A stretch of 61,622 bases of DNA, counting the filler, from Platydemus manokwari (taxonomy: Eukaryota): NCBI GenBank assembly GCA_037951405.1. It is 5 parts of 5 records of this genome, joined end to end, with 100 filler letters (N's around TTAATTAATTAA, not from the genome) between each part and the next. Parts side by side here need not be neighbours in the genome. Positions count along the whole stretch, not along the records: positions 26,283 to 36,368 come from JBBMOY011171434.1; positions 36,469 to 51,084 come from JBBMOY011395868.1; 3 more parts are not named here. One strand, given 5' to 3'. A model generated the notes under the pieces. It did not search any database and was not told where the DNA came from. It saw only the letters and a program-made list of their open reading frames with translations. A program made the translations under genes and the position numbers. Shown piece after piece: positions 26,183 to 39,400 of this stretch (position 1 is the stretch's first letter; each line of letters begins with the position of its first letter).

Positions 26183-26282
26183 NNNNNNNNNNNNNNNNNN
26201 NNNNNNNNNNNNNNNNNNNNNNNNNNTTAATTAATTAANNNNNNNNNNNNNNNNNNNNNNNNNNNNNNNNNNNNNNNNNNNN
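26183..26282. other. Artificial contig linker
   Basis: 44 N + TTAATTAATTAA + 44 N. Confidence 0.97.
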
Positions 26283-27469
26283 TAATTAAAATAAATAAAA
26301 ATCAGTTTTATTGCTACATTTATTTTCGAATAATAACATTTAAGAAATAATATCCAAAATCCAATCAAAAATATCTGAAATACAATTATTTTAGATTATT
26401 TTAGTTTAATTCTTATACAGATGTGATAATATATGTGTTTAAAATTTGAGAATTTTGAATTTTATCGATAAATCAATAATTATCAATGGAAATATTATAT
26501 GGATGCAAGAAAGACATTGAATGAAAATTAATGAAATCATTGACAACGAAAAGAGACTTTGATGGCTTGTAATAAGCATATAAGTATGTGTATAAGCATC
26601 TAACTCGTATATGGAGTTATTTTACAATGTTATTCTGCAATGCTTATGTTCCGAGCAAGGTGTAACCAGTAATGAATAAGTTGAAACCAAAAATCATCAA
26701 ATTTTTTAATTAAAAGCAAAAATGTCAGTCATTCTTGCAGAAATCTCTTTAATTTTATCCATGAAAGCAATTATAACAAATTAAGAAATCCTTAGGCATT
26801 GTTATCTGTTTTTGATCTGATCCTTTTATCCAATGATACTATTAAACATTAATTTTTTCGTAAAAATTCTTGAAGTAAGTTTTTGATTTAAATGGAAAAG
26901 CATTTCATAAATATTTGTAAATATAAAGAATTGAGTATGGCCTAACAAAATTAGCCAATTCATTACACAGTATCACGACAAAAGTAGATTATTTCTGTTA
27001 ACTTTTATTATTTATTCTTAGACTTTATCGGTCCGATTAATAAAATATTATTGCTTACTTTTACAAATATATTTATAAAATCAAAGTAGTAAATTCATTT
27101 TTTATTTACCGTGGATATTGCTTAGTGTCACTAGATTAATATCAAATTTTGGATCTTCGTGATTTATGGGTCACGTGATTTATTGTTTTTATACTCAGTT
27201 GTTTGATACTGTTTTCAAGTATGCATTTACTATGAATGTTACAAGTGACCATGCTGTGAAAATTAATGTTGTTACCAAAATCTAATAGTTCAAAATACCA
27301 TTAGAGTCACTGCCTTAGAAGGCACAAGACACTCTCATATTTAATGCGACCAGCAAGATAAGATTCAAGTTACTCATCAGTAACATCAATATTCTCTGCT
27401 TTTTAGCGTAGGAATCTAAGATCCTAAGATAAAATTTCAAAACAGAAGTAACTAAAGAAAAAGACGTGT

Positions 27470-27890
27470 AGACCATTTATAACGTAATTGTTGAATTAGT
27501 AAGAGTTCGAATAAATGATAATAAAAGATTCATCACATTTGAGAATGGAGTTCAAAAATTGGCAGAATCGATTCTTAATTTGGACTTGAATTTTTTTAAA
27601 AGATATTGTTTTTAAAGTACAAAAGTTTCACAGCATATAAAAAATTTGAAAAGTAACGTAGGACGAAATACACACAAGATTCGCAGACTTGAAACCAATA
27701 ATTGTGGAAGAGAGATAACAGCAAAGAAAAGAACAGCCTATACGATCAATGAAAAAAATTGTCAAAATATTCAACAAAAATGCTGTTTTCCGGAGTCTGA
27801 AGACCTAAAAGAGGGTCATTGAGAAACAACCATTAAATATGTGGAAAAAGAGGTCACATTTTCAGTGATTGCCACATACTGAGCGGCCCT
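27470..27890 (+). mobile_element. Degenerate gypsy gag fragment with zinc knuckle
   Basis: TIYNVIVELVRVRINDNKRFITFENGVQKLAESIL resembles the gag at 30066 (TIYDKVQDLAAMRQRPDENYRSYDLRVKKLVTEVF); ICGKRGHIFSDC is a partial CCHC knuckle near 27838-27874. Confidence 0.55.
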
Positions 27891-28273
27891 AATTAACGGC
27901 CAGAATAACAAATCTTATGTGCCCATGACGAAATATGAAGATAATACGATGTTGACAATAAATACATCATGCACGAGATAAATTATAAGAATTTATTATA
28001 TTTATTGAACAAAAATATTTCAGAGGAAACTGGAAAAGTGATAGAAAAGTAGCATGTCAATTATGCAATTCGTTAGCCAGAAAACCAAAAAATATTCCAT
28101 TATATTTTCACAATGAACCAGAATGTCATTTTTATTTATTAATAAAAGAATTAGCTTAATAGATAGAAGATAGGAATAAACCTATCACCTTTAACCGAAA
28201 CAATTTATGATTTAAAGAGCACAAATTTTTTGGAATAAACTTACTTAAAACATTATGAGATAACACAATTACA

Positions 28274-28620
28274 TATTGGGTTGGTGCATAAGTTGGTGCG
28301 GTACTATTTGTTGCAAAGAAAACTCACCAACTTCTTGTTTTAACATATTTAAGTTATATTCATTCAGCTGAATCATCTATTTAAATCATTTTAGACTAAC
28401 TTTCACTCCCATTACCCTCATTAAAATAGAGTATCAGGTAGATAAAAATCAACATTTCCGACATCTACTCCTTTTCTACTTTAATCAACATTTAAACGCT
28501 GCAGAAGCCACCAGAATAATTTGTTGAATTTATGGAGAAAAGGCAGCCAGTAAGCGAATAGGATAAAAGTGGTTTTCGAAAATTAACAGGGGAAATTTTG
28601 ATTTAAATAATGCCTCTCTA
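28274..28620 (+). mobile_element. 5' fragment of a mariner element (left TIR + N-terminal HTH)
   Basis: TA-TTGGGTTGGTGCATAAG mariner-type terminus; translation EYQVDKNQHFRHLLLFYFNQHLNAAEATRIIC*IYGEKAASKRIG*KWFSKINRGNFDL matches the mariner transposase N-terminus. Confidence 0.85.
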
Positions 28621-29159
28621 TGTATAAAATATTAATTAATATAATAATTTATTAGGAAATTCTAATAATGGTTTCATTTTTGATGTTGATTTAGAATATA
28701 TAATTAAAGAAAAAACGAAAGATTCCCCATTTGATTTTGAACTATATTATGGAGAACATAAAGAACATATAACAATGAAAAAACTCCACTGTCTTAATTA
28801 TTAATATGCGATAAAACAGATAATACCTATTATGTTGTACATCATAAAAAAAAGACCAACAGAAATGTAATTTAAATCTCAATTTATAATTCCCATATTT
28901 CGCGAAAACTTGGAATTAATAAAACAGATTAATTATAAATAAAATCCGGTATTAATATAAAAAATAAAAACCATTAAATTTACCCTATAATAAATTCATT
29001 CATTAAAACAATACACCTAGTGAATTTATCGATTAAATAATCAAGTAGAACAAGTTATCCCTCTTAGTAAATCAAATATCCAGTTTGAATAAAATAATAC
29101 CTATGTATTAAATAAAATAATAGCCACGCATAAAATAAAATAAAATAGCCATGCATTTA

Positions 29160-29460
29160 ACGGCAGAGAATTTCTCTATGCTATAGTGGAATTGCAGAAA
29201 TATCTCTCTACCACCATATATTCCAGCGCAATAAACACATACAATGTATTAAATAAATATTCGTAGAGAATATTTACGAATGATTCACAGCTGCCTAGAC
29301 AAAAAGATCATTTACTGCCGGAATTAGAATTAGGATATGCCCAATATTCCACTGAAATAACTAAGAGAAAGAATATACATTGAAAATTACATATTAGTTT
29401 ATATTGCATTATATTCGTATTTATAAAGAGTAGCTCAAATATCTTGAAATAGATACTTCC
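29160..29460 (-). repeat. Partial diverged copy of the ~0.9-kb repeat family
   Basis: Shares AGAGAATTTCTCT, AAGATCATT..TGC, ATATGCCCA.TAT and GCTCAAA.ATCTTGAA in order with 59677-60067. Confidence 0.55.
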
Positions 29461-29688
29461 CTAATATCACGAAGGGGGTTTGTTTGGTCTATGATCCTCT
29501 ACCTTTTATTGTACATAAATCCATCGTTTAAGTCTATATAAGTAGCATTAAAGCCATTTGATTGTATACAAGTATATACTTTTTAATATTTTATTTTTAT
29601 AAGTACATTTTAATGGAATAAATACGAAACAGTTTTCCTTTGGAATTCAACAGTATAGATTTTTAAAATAAGTTTTATAAATAGAAAT

Positions 29689-32211
29689 AGTCAGATAGAT
29701 CTTAGATATTCGATGTGAATAAATATTCTAAATAACGTGGTTTTTCAAAAAAATATGTTTTTATGAAATTGATGCCGTTTTTACTGGCAACCACGTCAAA
29801 AAAAATGTTCATACAAAAGCCAAAAGAGAAGAGAAGTAGAAAATTACTAATCTACCCAAAAAAACTTAGGACTTGTTGATTCCGAAACCGTCGTGAATCG
29901 ATGTTTCAATCCAAGGTGCTGAAAAATGGTTCCAGACAATCAAGGATTTCGCAGCATTTAACCAAATGAACCTGTCATTTGCATTTGACATGCTGTTGAG
30001 AGATAACGTCAAACAGCTATGGCAAGAGCACAGTAGTTTCGAATGAACAGATAGAAAAATGGTTTTTGGAAACTTTCTCACATACTAAGACAATTTACGA
30101 CAAGGTTCAGGATTTGGCAGCAATGAGGCAAAGACCAGATGAAAATTACCGTAGTTATGACCTTCGGGTAAAGAAACTAGTAACGGAAGTATTTGAAAAG
30201 AAAGACACTCTTACAGAAATTTCAAGACTATTAATTATACACTGTCTTTTACTGTCGACACTGCAATGTACGACATGTTGCAGGAAAGAGTTCGCTTTTT
30301 ATTTAGAGAAGCTAACTCGGACGAAGCCAATAAATGTCATCAAAATGACATATGCTCAGCCAGTATTTGAAAGTAACATGAGAAAAACTTTTTAGAAGGA
30401 AATTTCTTACAAAAAGCCAAGTCCAATAGTGCAGAAAAGAGATTTTGGTGTGAAGGAATATCATCGTGCACCAGATAATCCCATGGAATCTCCAAACAAT
30501 ATGAGGCTAACAAGATCGATGAAGGCAATTGCGACTAAATTCTACAACAATTGTAGAGGTAAACTCACTGAAGATCATTGTGCTAAAAGAAATTTCAGTT
30601 GGATTTATCGGGGCAGTGGATATGATAAAGACTTGTGAATATTCCTTGCAGGGATAGAACCAATTGATTCCAAAGACGTATAAAAGAAATATCGCAACCA
30701 AGACAGAATCGAAATGGCCCTGAAGAGTATTGCTGATAAGAATAATATTTAGTTGAATAAATGCATTAAAAGGCTCAATTTTTATGGCGTCTCGGTTAGA
30801 TTTGGTGAAGCACGAGATCCGAACAAAAGGAGAACCTATTACACTTCACCTCAAAAGGCAATCAATAAATTTAGTACGTAAAATTCAAGATTTGATAGAA
30901 AATCTTCTAGAAAGTAAGGTCATAACTCCTTGCAAAATTACTTGGAACTCTTCAATACTAGTGGTTCCTAAGAAAGGTTGATCGACCAGAATCTTTAGAC
31001 ATCCGAAAATTAAAAGAACAGACTGAGAAGTTTTCTTTTCCGGTAACTGATATCCAAACGTTATAAGATACGGTGTATAACGCAACTATTTTCTCCACGC
31101 CAGATTAAGGCCAAGTATATAATCAGGTCGAACATGAGGAAGATTCTAAGTTGAAAACTATGTTCCTACTTAGAACTAGGCAGTTCTGTTTTAACAGTAA
31201 CATTTCGGAGTCTAATGAAACCGATATTAAATAATTTTATTTACAAGGGCGTTTTTCTTAATCTGGACGATATTTTAGTGTATTGAGGAATAGTACAAGA
31301 ACACAATGAGAACCTCAACAATATTTTCAGGTTCATCAAATCATTAGATTTGAAAATCAATTCCGAAATATGTACTTATGGTACGAGAAAATAGAATTTC
31401 CTAAGTCATGTGGTTAGTGCAGAAGGTATAGAAACTAATAACGACAAAGTGATGAAGATTAAGGAAGCAGTAAAACCCAGTTACATAATTCAGTGAAGGT
31501 CATTCTTAGAATTATGTAAATATTACAGACTATTTATCAAAGACTACGCATTAAGTACGGCTCCGTTATATGCGATGATGACTGGAAGTGACAAGAAATT
31601 TACCTCTCAATATCGATACTAGGTAAATGGCTTAGCTAAAATGATTATTAAGACAGTCTGTGTCATGGTGGTAACAACAATGGCATCAGAGAAACGGGCT
31701 TGGAATAAATTAACACCTCGGATAGAATTTATCAAAAATGCAACATATCAGAGCTCAATTCAACATTCTCTTTGTGAAATATTGTTTGGTCGAAGAATTA
31801 ATATGCATTGGTTAGTTAAATGAACCAAACCAACAAGACCAGATCATCAAAGAAACAGAAAACCAGCTAAAATAAGTAGACACAAACTTAAGAAAATTTG
31901 ATGCTTAAAAATGGTTGTCGAATTTACACAGTTGGAGTTGAAGTTTTAGTAAAGAAAAACGACAGAAGAGAAAGAAGAACGGAGATCGTTATGAAGGTCA
32001 TCATAAAATTTTGAAATTTTAAAAACACATCAATTGCTTCTTGATTTCCAAGGATAGTCAAAAACTCGAAGAATTTAGTGAATAAAAAAGATCTCAAAAA
32101 CAACGGGAGAGAGAAGTTAGATAGGTTTAGATAATTGATTTACTTAAATATTCTGAATAACATAGCTTTTGAAAATAATAAATTTTTATCGAATTTAATG
32201 ACGTGTTTACT
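29689..32211 (+). mobile_element. Ty3/gypsy LTR retrotransposon, internally deleted and inactive, both LTRs present
   Basis: 97-bp LTRs 29689-29785 and 32115-32211 (AGT...ACT); PBS-like TGGCAACCACG at 29785; PPT GGGAGAGAGA before the 3' LTR; possible TSD GAAAT/GGAAT. Gag near 29900-30400; RT (VKHEIRTKGEPI...WNSSILVVPKK, IFSTPD, LDDILV, FLSHVVSAEGI, RSFLELCKYYRLFIKDYA); integrase end (NGLAKMIIKTV...NATYQSSIQHSLCEILFGR). Many stops and frameshifts. Confidence 0.92.
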
Positions 32212-33914
32212 GGAATTATTAATGTCCTAAAATAATTTACCTATCATCTTTTCAAATACAAATAAATCTCCATTGGTTTAACTTCTTTTTAAAATATTTT
32301 TCTCTTGAGGTAAATCCAGTAGGTCTTAAATTTATCTAATTATTTCATTTATTTTATTCAATTTACCTTCGTTTTACATTGAAGTAGGGTGGCACTTACT
32401 TCCTCCATCTATTATTCCATTGCATTCAGGTTACAACAACTTCTTACTTTTATTGATATGCATTACATGTTTGTATATTTTTAGTATGGCGAATAAATCT
32501 ATCACGTGATTTATCGTTATTTATTGCTTGACTTATTGCACGCACCTAATTATTTGTGATTTGTCAGATTTGATATTTGTAGAAATGCAAATATCTACTC
32601 CTAATTTTGCATCCTAAATAATATTTAAGTCATCGATAATAAATTATTGATTTAATTAAATCAGATCATATCATTTAAATTTCCATAATATTCAATAGAT
32701 ACTAAACTTTATTGATTTTACATGAAATAATGCATGATCGATTTGTGATTTATGTCAGGATTTCATATAGTAATTAAAGTCGTTCATTGATACTCAGTTA
32801 GGGTTTCGATAAACGATATCCTTTCCAATTTTTTATTTAATTTCTTCCACCTTTCAATTAGAGTGCTGTTCTTATCTATTCCTAAATCATGTTCACCACT
32901 AGGACTTTTACAGAAGAACGATTTTCAAGGAACGATCCTCTTGAGCACATCTACAAATGAGTATGAAAATAATGCAGGAATTTATAAGAGAATTTACAAC
33001 GTTTCTTAATGTAACTCGCTTTTACACTTTGGTAACAACCAGCTTTATAAACATTTCTGTTGTAAATATTGAAATCTTCTTTTTTGAAATATTTTTCTTT
33101 AGCCTTCGTGATATTTTCAAACATATAATATTGATTTTCTAACTATAAACGATATATCTAGCAATCCACAATGAAACAATGCCGAACAATTTTCTCCAAA
33201 TCCCTAACCCTAACCCATACATCTATATTGATATTATACATCCATATCATACAGCCATTTTGTTTCATTACTTTATCTTTCATTCAATAAGCCAGTCAAA
33301 CCTGTCAAACATTCCCCATTTTGTGAAAGCGTTTGGAAATAATTCTTAGTTCATCACTCAAAGTACTCGTCCGCCAAGAGAATGGCATACGGGACAATTA
33401 TCACAATATGTTTGTTGTATGTCTATCGATTGATAATCGCAAAGTGATTCACGTTGTATATAATGGGATGTATATAATTGTATACTATTGAGCTTACAAG
33501 ATACCAAGGCACCACACGATAAAATATCATTTCAAAAATAATACAATATTCGAATTGATTCTAATAATGGCACTTTTTTTTATCCAATGGCTGACAACAA
33601 ATAGAAATTGAAAATTATTTTGCAAAACCTTTAATAGTTCAATTATTTTACTTTAATTCCTACTTACATTGATTTACGAGATGTGTTACAGACTAATGCT
33701 GCAGTTTCGTTGCTTCTCTTAAAAGTATAAAAGTATTATTTGATGTATAAATCTATTTTGGATGATATTTTGGAGCCATATATAAAATAATGAGAATCAT
33801 ATATAAATTGAGAATTTCTGAACGTTAACAGAATAAATTCCAGCTAAAAAGATTTTCGCCTTTATAAATTCAGTATTTATATTAAATCCATTAAAACAAA
33901 TTTCAATAAAATAA

Positions 33915-34420
33915 ACCCTAATAAATTGCTAGTTACTTATTATCGTGACTCATAAATTTCACAGCCAATAAAATAATCAAGTCGAATAAATTTACTGTCT
34001 GCTATAGAAAATTTAATTGCAAAGAATATTTTTTTTGCAGTAATACATTCATGAATTGAAAAACAGGTGTAAGATTTAATAATCACAGAGAATATCTATG
34101 AGTGACTCATCGATACCTATGTAAGGCATTGTCACGATTACTGCATGTACATTACCAGACAAATCTAAGGCACTTCTAGAGACAAAATCAAGAACAGCAC
34201 GATAATAACTAACGAACCATAACAGTGGTTACATAATCTAAATTAGATAGAAGAGAGTAAGTCATTCCAAATTGTGAGCTCATTTATCCTCAGTATTCTA
34301 CTGGAAAATTCAACAGCAAGATATGGTATTTATAAATTCATGTTATCATATTTATAAACGCATATTCTTGCTATTTATCGAGCTGTGCTCAAATATATTG
34401 AGTTAATTTTCTTAACTGCT
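33915..34420 (-). repeat. Diverged copy of the ~0.9-kb repeat family
   Basis: AATAAATTGC, CACAG..AATAAAATAATCA and AATATCT..GAGTGACTCAT...TACCTA match 59566-59790 and the reverse complement of 7740-7950. Confidence 0.6.
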
Positions 34421-34499
34421 CTTGAGAGTTTATTTATCTTATATATACTTGATCTTACATATGCTTAGGTGCATACCTTTTATAAAATTTCAATGAAAA

Positions 34500-36030
34500 T
34501 TGTAATATTTTTAACTACATAATGGTGCTGATTTGATAAAAGTTCTTACAAAGACAATCGTCGTTGAAGTGTTGATAAAAGACATCAAGTATCACTTCAT
34601 TTCGATAAAGATTATCATCATAATTTCACCATGTGTTGGTAAAGACAGTGAAAACAGAACAATTCGTTTGCCGAAAGATAATATATTATTGATATTGGTG
34701 GCTTTAGTTGTTAAGAATATAACTAAGAATAAAATTTTAAATAATGCGTTGTCTAACAATATTATTCTCTTCCTCTTCATGCAAATGATAGAGCATTCAA
34801 TTCACAAGAGAAATAAAACAATGATGTTTATTATTACCTTTGGATCATTAAAGCTTCAGAGATTAATTAAGTCGTGGCTGGTGTCAAAATTTTTTAATAA
34901 TAATACAAAAAATAAACCAAAAGAGCATCCTGAAAGTAATACGATTATCAATTATAAAGATTAATATAAGATTTTAATTGAGTTAAATATTAGCATTTGA
35001 CCTGCTTGACTCGTCTATCTACAATTTGGATATTCGTGTTTTAATCAATTTATAAATATGTTGGGAACTGGATCTTGAAGAAAGGATCTGAAATACAAAA
35101 TTTAGAGCTTTTCGATATTTTAGTTATCACAGAAAGAAACTTATTGTTAGCAATATATAATAACTCGATATTTTAAATTTTAGAAATCCTGCGAATGATG
35201 AAGACATAATCAATGAACAACATGTTGATGAAATAGAGAAATAGAGGCAAATATAAATAGGAAAGGAGCTTTGAGCTTTCATTTCCAGAAATATAAGTTC
35301 ATATGATAATCTAATCCAAATTCTCAATGACACCTCATTTTGTATCCAGATGTATTTCTTTAGAAAAACGGAGGCCTCAAGAAATCAATTTAATACCAGA
35401 TGCACAAATATATTTATCGGGAATGAATGAGATTTCGCATATCATTGAGAATCTTGAATGGAAATTCAAAATAAAAAGCTAATCAGAAAAGAAAATTTTG
35501 AAAGAAATTTAGAAAATGAAGCGGAATGTAGTTTTATGAAAAAGTGATTCTTGGAAAAAATAAATTCAAGGATCCTGATGAAAATTGATTTTGTGCTTTC
35601 TTAATGCTTATCAGATTTTACTCAAAGAGAGCCCTTGTTGAAAAATAAGCCAAAGCTGCTGGAATAGATGGTCATATTAGACACAAGGATAAAAGACTGG
35701 ATAATATGGAGTAGGAGTATTAAGGGCCATCGAGTTTGGGATAATTTAGTATTGAAGTGAGAATGAGAATGAAAAATCTAACATTATTAAATTTATCAAA
35801 ATAAATAAGATTTAGGAACATATTTTTGAAACCCAGGAAATGTTAACAAGATAAATTCAAATTTCAAAGGGTCAAAGAGATAACGAACAATTCTTCATAT
35901 ATTCAAATGAATTATTTCACAGAGATCAATACAGAAATAGAGCTCAGATGATTTCCAATTATTCCGGAGAAATTTGAAATGGTTTAGAAAACTTGATCTT
36001 TCAAAGATGTTGTATTTTTGTAGAAAATTT
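34500..36030 (+). mobile_element. Probable highly degenerate LINE ORF2 relic
   Basis: Motif-like fragments in the expected order: KAAGIDG (~35650, cf. KAPGPDG), LKPRK (~35827, cf. IPKPGK), FHRDQYRNR (~35916, cf. QYGFR), KLDLSK (~35988, cf. LDLSKAFD). The endonuclease part near 34500-34900 is only a guess. Confidence 0.45.
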
Positions 36031-36368
36031 ATCAAAACAAATAAATTTTGATTCCATATATCAGAGATACATTAAAACAAAAATTCGAGATAATGGTTGA
36101 GATCAGTCATACAGTCAGTTGTTTTAATAACACCAATGAAAACAAAAGAAAAATCCATTATAATCACATTTTAATAAAAACAAACTGAATCAATTTATTG
36201 ATTAATGTGTATAAATTATCGAAATATTGAATTAATGTTTATCGTAATCCTTCATTTCTATCATTTCCTGGAATAAATAATCAATTAAGGACACAGGAAA
36301 TCAATTATTATTAAATTATTAAATCAATTATTATTATTATCAATAACTAATTAAATAATTTAGTGATA

Positions 36369-36468
36369 NNNNNNNNNNNNNNNNNNNNNNNNNNNNNNNN
36401 NNNNNNNNNNNNTTAATTAATTAANNNNNNNNNNNNNNNNNNNNNNNNNNNNNNNNNNNNNNNNNNNN
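36369..36468. other. Artificial contig linker
   Basis: 44 N + TTAATTAATTAA + 44 N. Confidence 0.97.
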
Positions 36469-39400
36469 ACAAAAATAGATTCCAAGAACGAGCGTGAATC
36501 TAAAATTAGTCCACGTGAAAATGATCTTGCAATGATGTGCCAACTGCTTCTTCTGCGATCAATAACTCCAAAAGCTAAAGAGAACTTATTATTGACAGAA
36601 CAATTCGATATGCACTTGGATGAGAATTATTTCGAATATTATCCTTATGTGTTCAAATATCTCTGTGAGCGAGAACAAATTATCAAATTCAACAAAAATT
36701 ATTTGACTGCCAATGGATTCACGGTCAACTTTCGGTGTACTCTTCTAGATTGGTTGATCAAGGTATGGAATGACTTTAATTTCTTTTACAGACAATACCT
36801 ATAATCTGAGACCATTAAACAGATTCGCTAAATCGTTGTATAAACAAAATCCCAAATGACATCAGGAGTAATATTAGAAACTTCATGCGATGATTTATTT
36901 TTAGGAACAGCTAGTTTACTGTTATTTTTGTTTTTTTGTTTTTTTTAATATTTTTTTACTAATCCATATTACTGGAAAGTTCATAAGAACTATCAGTAGC
37001 AAATATACTCCATTGATAAATTCAAACCACAGGATGAGTTCAACCAATCTCAATCACATGTGTGTCCAGATTATTATCAACTATTGTGATGGCATTTTCA
37101 TTATGTTGCAGAAATAACATTAAGATCTGAAATGGGTTTTGAATTTTAAAATTTTGATCAAAGGTGATATTTGATCCTTCACTGATTTTCTATTCAAGAT
37201 ATTTATGAAAACTCTGAGTGCTGAATAATATCTTATTTTATATTAAATTTGTTGGGGTGACAAATTCCCCTCTTATTACAATCGAGATCAAATACTCATA
37301 ATCATCAGTATACATATCTAATGATTTACATTTATATGAAACCAATAAATATTCTACTTGTGTTTTCTTTATATGGGTTTTTCTTCAAAGAAAAGAGTTT
37401 CACTTTCTTATTATCATCAATGCTATAAATAAAATTCATTACGAAATCTTTTCTAGCAAACATAATGGTGAGGATGTATATAAATCGTATCCCATAACTG
37501 TCGCATTTTTAATGAAACCCAGTATTCAGAATCAAATCTCAACACTGTTAATTGATTTAGTAATGCGACCATGTTTAATCCGTGATAACATTAAAAAAAA
37601 TAAATGCGACATCCTTCAAATGAGATCTCACAAGATTTCCAGTGCACGCACTCTTAAAAAGTATGAAAATCTGATTTCCCTTAGAGACGGCATTAAGAAA
37701 TTCAATATGATATCTCTGATCTTAATAACGTAATGGTCTCTATTGTGTGAGGATTCTTCTAATTAAATGCTTTTTCTCTTTTATTTTCGCCTCTCAAATA
37801 CCATAATCGAACTAGAACAGGCGAAATGAGATTAATTTCCACTTACAATTTTAAGTTGAGATTATAAACGATTTGCTTGTCTTATTGAAGAATTGTTTTT
37901 CATGTGATTTATCGTGAAATTATCGTTCGTCTTTTGGATGCTTCAAACGTCAATCGGTATGGAAAATGAAAGTGCATCTATAGATTAATTTCTTTTATCC
38001 TTTTCAATGTGATCAATCTTGATCGACTTTCATCGACAGAAATTTACTGAAAAATTTTTTATAAATAAATCAATACGAGGAAATATTACGTTTTTTTCTA
38101 ATTTGAAAATTTAAATATTTTTTTTATCCTATCAACTGTTGGGATATTTTAAAATTTTTCTTTTAATTCGAACAAATAATCGATATATTTAAAATTTTTC
38201 AAGCCTCTTATGAGGTTTGTAAGTTTGAAATGTTGTTCAAATTATTACAATGTATTGATCGCTAGTTCTGTTTTGCCTAAAAGAGGTTTCTGCGAATAGT
38301 ATGAAAACTACCACAAGAGTTTCATTAATCAGATTAATTTACCACTGAATCTAAATCTTAAAATTAAAACTTTTTATCTCAAATTGTTTGTCAATACTAT
38401 GTTATTAATGTTCAAAGATAGTTAAAATCCGGAATGAAACTGATTAAATTTGCTGGTAAATTTGGGTATTTACTCTGAAGAATACACTTTCAGCGTATCC
38501 ATAGGTAGCTACTATTTATTAAGGCACGCATTGGAAACTAACTGCAAAAGTTAAAACAAAAATCATTTAATTAAATTAATAAATAAAATCGGATTATGAA
38601 ATCCTTTAAAAATCGTAAGTATCAAAATACGTCTCAGTAAGAAACTTTATTTGCGTACCCGTAGGTAAGACAAGAGACAGCAGACAAAGAACATCAAGAT
38701 ACACCAATAGCTTGGGAGATAGAAGAAAATCCCTCAATGAACTAGTTTTGAAACGATATTAAAGAATGAGGGGCAAAGCTGCAAAACAGCAAGTAAAAAC
38801 ATATAAGTAAATAAAAGGAGTTAAATCTAGAGGGCAGCTACCAGTCTTTCAAAGTCTAAGACTTTCTATCTGTTGTATTTCTTTATGTGTTTATTTTAAC
38901 GACTAGTATTTTATAGTCGTAATTTTTTGTCGCTTTATATCTTATTTATTTTGTTCTTGTGAGTGTGATTTACAGTGCGAACATTACCGATTTGATTTGC
39001 ATTGATATCCAATTTTTTATTTTGAATACATGTTCTAATAGAGGCTTAGTTAAACACCTTGGTTAAACAAATTCTTTAAATTCTATTCCCCCAGGCTCCA
39101 TTATTTAAAGTGTCTGTTCAAAAATATTTTTAAATTCATCTATTTTTTATTTATCTTCAGTCTATCCATGATTTTTATAAATATCAATCAAGATTTCACC
39201 TATTTTCAAAGAAAATTTCTCCTAATTCTGACGGTTTGATATTCCAAGTATCTATTATTGGAGGTAATTCCAAACAAGCAGCATAAATAAAATCTTCAAC
39301 CTTAATAGAAGCTATATATTTATATTTTGTGTTCCATTATTTGTTTATAGTTAAATTAAATTCTTTTTTTCTAAAATAATGGAAAATAAATTCCAGCACA

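Noticed and set aside
33201-33215. Telomere-like CCCTAACCCTAACCC
   Set aside because: Only about 2.5 units, too short to call an interstitial telomeric repeat.
34533-34964. 143-aa ORF as a standalone gene
   Set aside because: Non-ATG start, AT-driven Ile/Lys/Asn bias and no domain; it lies within a probable LINE relic.
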